64,000 nt of DNA from assembly GCA_000092065.1 (NCBI GenBank), contig CP000588.1; one strand, given 5' to 3'. Below, one piece after another: positions 49,776 through 58,644 of this stretch. The notes beneath the pieces were generated by a model, which saw only the letters and a program-made list of their open reading frames with translations, had not been told where the DNA came from and ran no database searches. Position 1 is the stretch's first letter. Every line of letters starts with the position of its first letter. The position numbers and the translations under genes are program-made. The stretch is from Ostreococcus lucimarinus (taxonomy: Eukaryota).

Positions 49776-50585
49776 ATGCCCGCGCGCGCGATCCTCCGCG
49801 TCGCGCGCGACGCGCTGCGAGCCTCGACGGCGCCGCGCGTCGACGCGCGCGTCGTCGCGCGCGCGACGTACGCCCGGGCGTCGCTCAAGGGCGTGACGCC
49901 GCCCGCGCAGACGGCGTCGATGCGCGGCGGCGGCGTGCGCGTCGCGCAGACGAGCTCGAACCTGATCGCCGAACCGTACGCCGGCCCGCCGCGACGACCG
50001 ACGCTCGCGGAGTGGGCGACGACGAGCAAGGGATGGCGGTACGCGTACGAGGCGGCGACGAGCCGAGCGAAGGACGCGTACGCGCTGTCGAAATGCGCGA
50101 AAGAAGTGCGTGGATTCACGCTCGAGGGATTCAAACAGGAGGCGAAACAAATGTATAAGATGATAAACGCGTCGAGCGCGAACGTGGGGCACGGGAAGAC
50201 GCTGGAACACGAGACGCGACACGCGACGACGGATAAGACGCAGAGCGATTTGAAAAGGGAACGGAAAAGCCGCGAGCGGGGGGGGTGGGCGCGAGTGGAT
50301 TGGAATTTGGAATCGATCGATGAGTGTCAGGTGGTGCGAGGACGGTTGATCATGGCGAACGCGAACGATAGTAATGGACCGGGGTTCGCGCAGTTGACGA
50401 CGCGGTTTCGAGGGAAGCAAAGATTCGCGGCGTACGACGCGCGGGGACGATTAGTGGCGGGTGATCCCGATGAGATTTTGGATGTGGAAGACTTCTGGGT
50501 GTTCGAACACGGGCTGAAAATTCCCAACGCGCGGTGGCGACTCGCTGGTCGGTTGCACATGCCGACGCCGCGTGCGCCGGTTTGA
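49776..50585 (+). CDS. Mitochondrial ribosomal protein L45 / Tim44-like domain protein.
   Basis: It has a classic presequence (MPARAILRVARDALRAS...) and a C-terminal Tim44-like fold (EDFWVFEHGL...ARWRLAGRL). Confidence 0.55.
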   Translation: MPARAILRVARDALRASTAPRVDARVVARATYARASLKGVTPPAQTASMRGGGVRVAQTSSNLIAEPYAGPPRRPTLAEWATTSKGWRYAYEAATSRAKDAYALSKCAKEVRGFTLEGFKQEAKQMYKMINASSANVGHGKTLEHETRHATTDKTQSDLKRERKSRERGGWARVDWNLESIDECQVVRGRLIMANANDSNGPGFAQLTTRFRGKQRFAAYDARGRLVAGDPDEILDVEDFWVFEHGLKIPNARWRLAGRLHMPTPRAPV

Positions 50586-50624
50586 CTTTTGACTTTGACT
50601 TTGTGATGCGACTACACGCGTTGA

Positions 50625-51560
50625 CTACTCTAGATTTAATCGATAGCGAGATAATAAGTGCGGGATGCTCGCGATTTCCGCGCCGTACTTTCCCGGGTTC
50701 CCGTACAGCTCGAACAACGGCACCGCGAGGAGCTTTAAGTTCTTCGGCACGGCGAAGTAGCACTTCTCCGGCAAGTGCGCGACGAACATTCTGTACTCCT
50801 CCTTCGGTTTCGTGATGTGCGCGGGCAAGTACGGATACATTTGCGGTTCATACGACGTGCGATACCACGTCGCGACCTGATCACCGATATCGAACTCGTA
50901 CTGCTCCAACCCGTCGTCGCGTTCGGGTTGCAGCTTGTTTCGCATCTTTCGCGCCAGCCCCTCGACGTCGCCCTCGCCCGCGCGCAACCGTCCCCCCGGC
51001 AGCTTAAAACTCGTCGGCGTGATCTGCAACAGCAACACGTGCGGCGTCCTGTGTTGGCTCACCATGCATATCGCCCCCACACTCCGCCGTTTCCCTTCCT
51101 TTTCGTATTGCGCGCGCATTCGCAACAGTCGCTCCGCCGCCGTCGCGTCCTTCTCTCCTCGCGCCCGTTTCGTCCCAAACGTATAATTCGACAGCGAGTA
51201 CACGTCCACCACCCCTCTCGACCCGACGCCGAGCGCATCCATCGCCTCGCCCTCGTCTTCCTCCCCGTCCGCCGCTTCCTCGTCCTTCGTCGCCGCCGCC
51301 GCCGCCGCCGCCTCGGCGCGCGCCTCCGCCGCCTCCTTCTCCTTCTCCTCCCGCTCCGCCTCCGCGCGCTCGTGCTCGGCGACGACGTCGATGTCCTCGC
51401 GAAGTTCGATCTCGATGTCGTCCGAGTCGCTCTCGTCGTCGCGCGACGCGTCGTCGTCGTCGTCGCCCGCCGACGTCGCCGACGGTGGATCGCTCGCGGG
51501 CGCATCTTCGCTCACCGGCGCCGTCGCCGGCGCCTTTCGCGCGCGTCGCGTCGCCGGCAT
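50625..51560 (-). CDS. Cleavage factor Im 25 kDa subunit (CPSF5/NUDT21).
   Basis: Its Nudix-like core aligns with CFIm25 (HRTPHVLLLQITPTSFKLPGGRLRAGEGDVEGLARKM). The N-terminus is acidic. Confidence 0.85.
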   Translation of the reverse strand: MPATRRARKAPATAPVSEDAPASDPPSATSAGDDDDDASRDDESDSDDIEIELREDIDVVAEHERAEAEREEKEKEAAEARAEAAAAAAATKDEEAADGEEDEGEAMDALGVGSRGVVDVYSLSNYTFGTKRARGEKDATAAERLLRMRAQYEKEGKRRSVGAICMVSQHRTPHVLLLQITPTSFKLPGGRLRAGEGDVEGLARKMRNKLQPERDDGLEQYEFDIGDQVATWYRTSYEPQMYPYLPAHITKPKEEYRMFVAHLPEKCYFAVPKNLKLLAVPLFELYGNPGKYGAEIASIPHLLSRYRLNLE

Positions 51561-51685
51561 CGCGCGCGTTCGAACCGCCGTCGTTTCGCGCGCGCGCGCG
51601 GTCCCGCGCGCGCGCGCGGCGTCGACGTGTGACGATTTGAAGATTGAATCGTTCATTCGAATCGTAATCCGCACTCAGACGCGCG

Positions 51686-54298
51686 ATGGCGCGCGCGACG
51701 GCGCGCGCGACGCGCGCGACGGCGTCCCGCGATGTCGCGCCGAGCGCCGAGCGCGCGCGCGCGCGATCGCGGACGCGCGGACGCGCGCGAGGACGCGAAG
51801 AGGGAATCGAAGCGGTCGTTGAAATGCGCGGCACGCACGCTTCGCGACGCGTTCGCGGCGTCGCGCGACGCGCGATGCGGCGCGCGGACGACGCGGACGA
51901 CGCGGACGCGTTTCTCGCGCTCGACGCGCTCGCGTCGAGCGCTTCACGGGACGAGGATGAAGACGCGAAGGGAAAGAAGATGCGCGCGGCGACGGCGGCG
52001 AGCGCGTGGGCGTTCGAAGACGACGACGACGGCGCGTTGGATTTCGATGACGACGACGTCAGCGATGGAGAGATGTCCGTGATGTCTCTCACGGCGTGGT
52101 TGACGGTGGTTGAACGGTTGAGCACGCTCGGGGCGGTGTCGAGCGGGTTGGCGTCGGTGGCGCTGCGGGAGGCGGCGCTGGGCGCGCTCGCGGGGACGCT
52201 GCCGCTGGTGGGAGCGCTGGCGCGGAGAACGAGGGAGCGACGGGTGAGGAAACGGCGAGCGGCGCTGGCGCTGGTGAGGAGAGATGAGATGCTGGCGTTG
52301 CGAGCGAAGGCGAGCCGGAACGTGACGATACGGGAGGCGACGGCGCAGGCGGCGCCGCTGGCGGCGGCGGCGGTGCGAAGAGACGTGACGCCCGCGCTCG
52401 AGGCGCTCGCGAATCGATTATCGAGCGTGGAACGAGCGCAAGTTGAAGCGGCGAAGACGGCGGCGGCGACAGCGCGAGATAGTGGAGCGGTGGCGGGGAT
52501 GTTGGCGAGAGACTTGGCCGCCGCGCGCGTGGACGCTCGGGAGGGAATCGCGAGCGTTCGCGACGAGTTTAGATCCACGGCGCAGAGCGCCACGGGGGAG
52601 TTGAAGAAGGAGATGACGATGCTGTGGGAACTCGTGGAAAACGTGGAAAAGGACACCGCAGGATTACGCGAACCCATGGAATCGCTTGCTGGGGAGATAC
52701 GTGACGTCGTCGAGGGAGTCGTGCGAGATTCTGACGCGACGAGCGCGGCGACGGCGACGCTGTCGAGCGAACAACTCGCCGAGCTGCGCACCGCCGTCGC
52801 CGATAGCACAAGCGCCAAAGTGCGCGAAGCGGTGGAGCAGTTGTTGGGATCTATCAATGCTGTGACGGCAGAGGATACTATAGTGCAGAGTCTGGCGTCT
52901 AAGCTCGATGAAAGTCAGTGGGAGGCGATGATTGGTCGTTTAGACGCCATCGACGCGGGCGTGAACGCGTCCGACCGCGTCGTCGAGGACGACTTGGAAG
53001 ACTTGCGAGTCGAGATACGCCAAGAAATTTCGCGGGACATTCAGGGCATCGTGGACAGTGTCGCCGATCTGAAAATGGCGCTGGAGACGTCGCAGCGACG
53101 AGACGAATCGTCCTCTGGTCGAGGCGCGGGCGGCGCCGAAGCGGCGGCGGCGGTGAAGCAGTGGGCGGAGGACAAGTTGAAAGCTGCCGAGCCCTCGTCC
53201 GAGGTGGAGGAACAGATGCAATGGCAGGCGGCCATCGTGTCCGACGAGGCGGCAGAGGAAGAATTGGTGTGGGTCGGTGAAAAGTCGACGCCCACTCGAG
53301 ATTCACCCAAGAAAAAGGCGATGAATGCCAACGTATCGCGAGAGGAGGCGTTTGCCAACATGCAAGCCTTGTTGAACTCAAAACCACCGCCTCCACCGAG
53401 TGAAGACGGGGAAGTTTCTTCTTCTGCTACCATCGATCCCGACGAAGAGGTTTGGGATCCCTTCGTCGGTGCTGCAGACGCAGAAAACGTGGCCAAGTAC
53501 GAAGCAGAACTGAAGGAGAAGATAGAATCCTCGGATACGCCCAACGAAATCGCGGAGAATTCTGAAAAGGGATTGACGGCTTTGCGCGCGGGGAGAGACG
53601 TGGCGCGACGCGCTGGAAACGACGTGGATATGCTCGAAGAAGGCGATGAGCTGTTTGCGGAATCGATTCAATTTTTAGAGCTCGCAGTGAGTGGAGACTC
53701 GTCGTCGCGCGCCGTCGGGAATTTAGGAAATGCGCACCTCGCACGAGGGCGCGTCCAAGCCGTGCTCGCCGAGCTCGCTTTACGCGAAGCGGCAAGCGCG
53801 CGCGATGCGCGCGTGAATGTCGGTTTGGATGGCACGGCGGAAATGTACTTGGAACTTGCAGAGGAAAATTTGGTCCAAGCAGGTCGATATTTTCGGGCGG
53901 CAATAGTCTCAGCAGAGGCGGAATCCGAGGAGATGAAGGTTTCTCCAGACGGCGTCGCGAGCGATACGAGCGGAATCAAAGCTAAAGCCCTCACGGGATG
54001 GGGCACCGCGTTGTCGCTCAGGAGCGAGTTGGTGCTCAGTAGTGAAGGCGCGACAATGGATGCTGAATCTCTCGCCGTTGCCGCGGCGGAAAAGTTCAAA
54101 GCCGCGGCGGCGATCGATCGCGATTCGCCAAAGATTTACGTCTCTTGGGGAGACGCGTTACGCCTGAGCGCGTCTCTCGGTGAAGTGAACGATGAAGAGG
54201 AGCGTTTACAACAAGCGAAAGGGTGTTACGGTGAGGCGTTACGTTTATCGCCAGACTACGCCCTGGCGCTCGAAGCTCTGCGCGATTTCGACCTTTAG
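51686..54298 (+). CDS. Long coiled-coil protein with a C-terminal TPR (Tom20-like) region.
   Basis: It has about 600 aa of heptad-rich sequence, then TPR-like units (GNLGNAHLARG, ALTGWGTALSLRSE, IYVSWGDALRLSA). A TGTAA signal lies at 54303..54307. Confidence 0.5.
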   Translation: MARATARATRATASRDVAPSAERARARSRTRGRARGREEGIEAVVEMRGTHASRRVRGVARRAMRRADDADDADAFLALDALASSASRDEDEDAKGKKMRAATAASAWAFEDDDDGALDFDDDDVSDGEMSVMSLTAWLTVVERLSTLGAVSSGLASVALREAALGALAGTLPLVGALARRTRERRVRKRRAALALVRRDEMLALRAKASRNVTIREATAQAAPLAAAAVRRDVTPALEALANRLSSVERAQVEAAKTAAATARDSGAVAGMLARDLAAARVDAREGIASVRDEFRSTAQSATGELKKEMTMLWELVENVEKDTAGLREPMESLAGEIRDVVEGVVRDSDATSAATATLSSEQLAELRTAVADSTSAKVREAVEQLLGSINAVTAEDTIVQSLASKLDESQWEAMIGRLDAIDAGVNASDRVVEDDLEDLRVEIRQEISRDIQGIVDSVADLKMALETSQRRDESSSGRGAGGAEAAAAVKQWAEDKLKAAEPSSEVEEQMQWQAAIVSDEAAEEELVWVGEKSTPTRDSPKKKAMNANVSREEAFANMQALLNSKPPPPPSEDGEVSSSATIDPDEEVWDPFVGAADAENVAKYEAELKEKIESSDTPNEIAENSEKGLTALRAGRDVARRAGNDVDMLEEGDELFAESIQFLELAVSGDSSSRAVGNLGNAHLARGRVQAVLAELALREAASARDARVNVGLDGTAEMYLELAEENLVQAGRYFRAAIVSAEAESEEMKVSPDGVASDTSGIKAKALTGWGTALSLRSELVLSSEGATMDAESLAVAAAEKFKAAAAIDRDSPKIYVSWGDALRLSASLGEVNDEEERLQQAKGCYGEALRLSPDYALALEALRDFDL

Positions 54299-54332
54299 GG
54301 TCTGTAATTAAAACTCTGAAATTAAAGCGCTC

Positions 54333-57300
54333 TCAACCGACGATCGTCGGAACGCCCGAAAAGTGATCGGGTTTAATTACCGGCGCACCGACGAGTGGGA
54401 TGAGCATGTACGACACGAACACATCCGGCCCGTATGTGTCCCAAGCGCGAAGTTCCAAATCCGCAGCCATAAAGGTGATGGTGTTCGCGGTTCCGGCTTG
54501 ACATTCGACAGCGATGGAGCGAGTGGGGTCCTTGTCGGTGTCGATTCGAACCGTCGCAAGGCATTGATAGTCGAGCCTGTTCAAGTTGTGCTCGAGCGTC
54601 ACGTTTGAAAACGTCTTTTTGCCGATCGGGAGAGGCTTCGGAAGTTGAATCTCGCCGGCGGCGAGAATGTCATTCGTCAACGACGGGGCGTTTGGCTTGA
54701 ACGCCGCGTACACGACGCGAATGTCGTTATCGCCCCAACCATGACCGTGGCTATCCGCGCGTCCGACGCGCACTCTGAACGTCCCACCTTTCGTGCTGAG
54801 TTTGAACACGTTGCACACAAACGTATCCGGCCAGTTGTTGGGCGTGTAAGTGTTGATCAAAATGACGGGATGCGCTCCAGTCGCCAAGCCTTTTTTGCTG
54901 TACGACTGCGTCGCGGGCAGCGTCTTCATCGAACTGCCCGAGTACCATGGTAGACTATGGAGCCTGGTATTGTGGTCGCCCATACCCACTACGATTCCTT
55001 GGCCGACGAGCTCGCTCAAGGTGAAGAGATACGCAACGTTCGCGTTTTGTAGCCATGGTTGACTTTTGCTCCTGTCCCACTGAGAGTGGACGTTCAGGCT
55101 GCGAGATGCCGCCCTCCACGCGTACCACGACACTTGACGAACGTCTTGTTTGATTTCGGCGCCGTACGCCGTTGCGATGAGGGAAAACTCTCCAACTGGG
55201 GCGCCCGGGTCGCCGGGGATCGACATCGTCACCTTGCCACTCCCGGATTTCGAAAGCGGCGCGGTGTACGTGTCCTGCGCCGATTCCGGCGTCACTTTGG
55301 TGGCGGTGGCGGGAATAGGATCGCCGCACACAGTATCATCACCGCTCGCATCCGCACCACCGAGAGCTTCTCGGCCGGACGCACACGGCGTGCACACGTG
55401 CGAAGAGACGTACTCGTGTGCGCCACACAAAACGGCGTCGCACGTCGTGTCCTCGCCGGTGTAATAGTCGCCGGGGCGATTGGTGGTTCCCGGGGGGCAG
55501 GGGACGCACGCGCCGTCCACGACGTGCTGATTCGTTTGGCACGCCGCGTTCTTGTCGAGCTGACACGTCGTATCATCACCCGAGGCGTCGCCGCCCGGAG
55601 CGACGGTGAAGCCCGGATCGCACGATACGCACGCGTGATCTTGCACGCGCTGATTGGCGAGGCACTGAATAGCTTTGCACGTTGTCGGCGCGCCGCTGGC
55701 GTCGGCGCCGGAGGCGCTGGTCATCCCCGGGTCGCACGGTACACACGCGTGATTCTCGTCGACGCGTTCGTTTGTCGCGCAAAGCGTCGCCGCACACGTC
55801 GTGTCGTCGCCGTTCGCGAGAGAGCCCGGCGGCGCCGTCGTTCCCGCAGCGCACGACGCGCACGTATTTTCCGTCACGTATTGATTCGCGATGCACACGA
55901 CGGGGTCGCATGTGGTATCATCGCCGCTTGCATCGTCTTGAGCGTCGTTCGTCGTCCCAGCTTCGCACGATACGCATTCATTGCCTGAGACTTTTTGGTT
56001 GACGCCGCAAAGGATCGCTTCGCACGTGGTGTCCGCGCCGAGCATGTAGTCACCGGCTTCATTCGACTCACCCGGCTCGCACGGCACGCACGCACCGCCA
56101 GACACGCGATGGTTTTCTTCGCAGAGCACGATGTCACATGTCGTGTCTTTCCCGCTCGCGTCATCGCCCGCAGCGTTTTCCATGCCAGCGTCGCACGGCA
56201 CGCACGCGTTGTCTTGAACTCGCATGTGGACGGGACAAAGCACCGGATCGCACGTCGTATCACCACCGCTCACCGGATCGTTATTGGCGTTCACCGTCCC
56301 GGGTGGGCACGCCTCGCACGCACCACTGAGAACTTTCATGTTAACGTGGCAGTAGAGGTCATCGCACGAGGTATCGCCTCCGGTCGGGGAATCTCCAGCT
56401 TCGTGAGATGCGTCGTCGGGACACTTATGACACACGGCTGACTCCACGGCTTCATTCGTGCCGCACATTTGGACGTCGCAATCCGTGTTGCCTAAAGCGG
56501 CGTTATCGCCGGCTTCGTTCGCAGAGCCGTCAAGGCACGCGACGCACGCGTGAGATATGACGTGCTGATTCAACCCGCAAATGATGGGATCGCACTCGGT
56601 ATCGCTGCCCGAAGCGTCGTCGCCGGCGTCGTTCGTCGTTCCAAGCGGACAACCCACGCATTGGTTGCCTAAGACTCTTTGATTGACGCCGCAGAGGATT
56701 GCGGGGCAGGTTGTGTCGGCGCTCGTCGTGATATCGCCAGCGGTTCGATGCGTCCCCGGCGCACAGTCGGTGCAGACGTGATTTTTGATATGCTGATTTT
56801 CTTCGCATATACCGTAATCACACGTAGTGTCATCACCCGTTGCGTCATCACCCGCGGCGTTCTCCGAGCCAGCCGGGCAAGGCACGCACGCGTTACCAAC
56901 CACTCGCATGTGTTCGGTGCAGAGCGTCGGCGTGCACGCAGTGTTGCCACCGGCGGCGTTTGCGCCAGAGGGCGATGTTGAACCGGCCGGACACGCGACG
57001 CACAAGTGGTTCTGAACCCGTTCGTTACTTCCGCACATGATCGCTTCACAATAAGTGTTTTGCCCGGAGGCGTCGTCGCCCGCAGCGTTCTCCGTCCCAG
57101 CCGCGCAGGCGCGACAGACGTGGTACGAGACTCGTTCGTGTTCGCCACAATACGTCGGGATACACGTCGTGTCTTCCGCCGACGCGATGTCTCCCATCGG
57201 TCGAGTTGTTCCCGCTGGACAGTTTCGGCAGATGTTGTTTCTGACGTACTGGTTGGACCCACAAACGATGTCGGTGCACTCAGTGTCGTCGCCGAACGCG

Positions 57301-58463
57301 TCGTCGCCCGCGGCGTTTTCTTTGCCAGGTTCGCATGGGACGCACACGTGGTTGGAAACTTTTTGATGGATTCCACACAACGTGTGATCGCAGGAACTAT
57401 CGGCTTCCATACAGCTGTCGCCTTGATCGTTCGTCGTGCCGGGCGGGCACGCCGCGCACTCGTGATTTTTCACGAGTTCGTTCGGACCGCATCGAATGGG
57501 AGCGCACTGTGAGTCCGGGCCCGCGGGTTGCGCTCCAGCGTAGTGCGTCGAACCGGGCGGACACGGCGTACACCTGTGTCCTTGCACGAACTCGTTGATC
57601 GCGCACACCGGACATTGCGGCGGCTGGTAGTCGGCGCACGCGTTCCCGCACGACCCCCACACGAAAGTGGTCTGACGCCCGTCGTAAATACGATTGAAAA
57701 ACGTCTCGTGCCCAGGATCGGGTTCGTCGTAATACACATCGAATCGCCGCACGCAATTCCCATCGTTGGTACCGGTGCCCACCAACGCGAGAGGCGCGGG
57801 CGAGAACTTTGGACTGCAACGATCCCAGTTGGGATCGCCGCCGCCTCCTTTGCCTTCGTCGCGGCATCCCGAGTCGCTCTGCGCGAATTCAAACTGTTCA
57901 TCGTACACCAACGTTTCGTTCGCATCGTTCTTGATCGGATACAGCCAGAAGTTCATCTGCACACCCGCGCGCAATCGTACCGTACCGGTGTACGTCCCGC
58001 ACCTGAGCGGATCTTCGCGCAAGTGGTGCGCCATCCTAAACGCCATCTCGTTATCGTGATCCTTCGTCGTCACCTTCGCCCCGACTCTGTGATGCCACGT
58101 CCCTGGATTCATTCGAATCATATCGTGCGGCGAACACGCCGTCAAGAGCGTGATTTTCACATCGCGTCCCGGTCGCCCGGCGCCCTCGCGAGCCTCCGCG
58201 CTCGACGGCGCCGCGAAGCCCGCCAACCACGACGACAGCGACGTCGACGACCCGCTCGCGCCGTTGCGGGACGTCGTCAGGCCACCGATGAGCGCGCCGA
58301 CGGCGACGAGCGTCGCGCCTATCGCGAGCTTCGTCGTCCACGCCTTCGAGCGATGATTCGGCCGGATCATCGCGGGGTGTTGGGCGCCTCCTTCGACGTC
58401 GTCGGCGGCGGCGCGCGACGCGCCCGCGAGCAGTGGCGCGCGTTCGGCACCGCGCGATGCCAT
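54333..58463 (-). CDS. Giant surface protein of about 1,376 aa. It has a signal-anchor, an N-terminal domain, about 24 tandem Cys-rich repeats of about 40 aa (ephrin-receptor-like / GCC2-GCC3 / TNFR-like) and a C-terminal domain of about 330 aa with no recognised family.
   Basis: The repeat consensus is LCxxNxRVxxNxCVxCxAGTxNxAGDDxSGxDTTCD, with about 120-bp DNA periodicity. The N-terminal TM helix is KLAIGATLVAVGALIGGL. GC is lower than in the flanks. Confidence 0.75.
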   Translation of the reverse strand: MASRGAERAPLLAGASRAAADDVEGGAQHPAMIRPNHRSKAWTTKLAIGATLVAVGALIGGLTTSRNGASGSSTSLSSWLAGFAAPSSAEAREGAGRPGRDVKITLLTACSPHDMIRMNPGTWHHRVGAKVTTKDHDNEMAFRMAHHLREDPLRCGTYTGTVRLRAGVQMNFWLYPIKNDANETLVYDEQFEFAQSDSGCRDEGKGGGGDPNWDRCSPKFSPAPLALVGTGTNDGNCVRRFDVYYDEPDPGHETFFNRIYDGRQTTFVWGSCGNACADYQPPQCPVCAINEFVQGHRCTPCPPGSTHYAGAQPAGPDSQCAPIRCGPNELVKNHECAACPPGTTNDQGDSCMEADSSCDHTLCGIHQKVSNHVCVPCEPGKENAAGDDAFGDDTECTDIVCGSNQYVRNNICRNCPAGTTRPMGDIASAEDTTCIPTYCGEHERVSYHVCRACAAGTENAAGDDASGQNTYCEAIMCGSNERVQNHLCVACPAGSTSPSGANAAGGNTACTPTLCTEHMRVVGNACVPCPAGSENAAGDDATGDDTTCDYGICEENQHIKNHVCTDCAPGTHRTAGDITTSADTTCPAILCGVNQRVLGNQCVGCPLGTTNDAGDDASGSDTECDPIICGLNQHVISHACVACLDGSANEAGDNAALGNTDCDVQMCGTNEAVESAVCHKCPDDASHEAGDSPTGGDTSCDDLYCHVNMKVLSGACEACPPGTVNANNDPVSGGDTTCDPVLCPVHMRVQDNACVPCDAGMENAAGDDASGKDTTCDIVLCEENHRVSGGACVPCEPGESNEAGDYMLGADTTCEAILCGVNQKVSGNECVSCEAGTTNDAQDDASGDDTTCDPVVCIANQYVTENTCASCAAGTTAPPGSLANGDDTTCAATLCATNERVDENHACVPCDPGMTSASGADASGAPTTCKAIQCLANQRVQDHACVSCDPGFTVAPGGDASGDDTTCQLDKNAACQTNQHVVDGACVPCPPGTTNRPGDYYTGEDTTCDAVLCGAHEYVSSHVCTPCASGREALGGADASGDDTVCGDPIPATATKVTPESAQDTYTAPLSKSGSGKVTMSIPGDPGAPVGEFSLIATAYGAEIKQDVRQVSWYAWRAASRSLNVHSQWDRSKSQPWLQNANVAYLFTLSELVGQGIVVGMGDHNTRLHSLPWYSGSSMKTLPATQSYSKKGLATGAHPVILINTYTPNNWPDTFVCNVFKLSTKGGTFRVRVGRADSHGHGWGDNDIRVVYAAFKPNAPSLTNDILAAGEIQLPKPLPIGKKTFSNVTLEHNLNRLDYQCLATVRIDTDKDPTRSIAVECQAGTANTITFMAADLELRAWDTYGPDVFVSYMLIPLVGAPVIKPDHFSGVPTIVG

Positions 58464-58644
58464 CCTTAACTTTCTGACTTTTTTTGACGACGAGCGCGGT
58501 GTCGTCGCGCGCGCTTCGTTGTGAGGAAGGAAATTCTTTAGTGTTACACCGACAGCCTAAACCCCGTCGCGCCCGGGTGACGCTGAATTGCGACGGCGGT
58601 GCTGGTGAGAAAACGCGACTCGTTTGTCGATTATAATTCATCGA

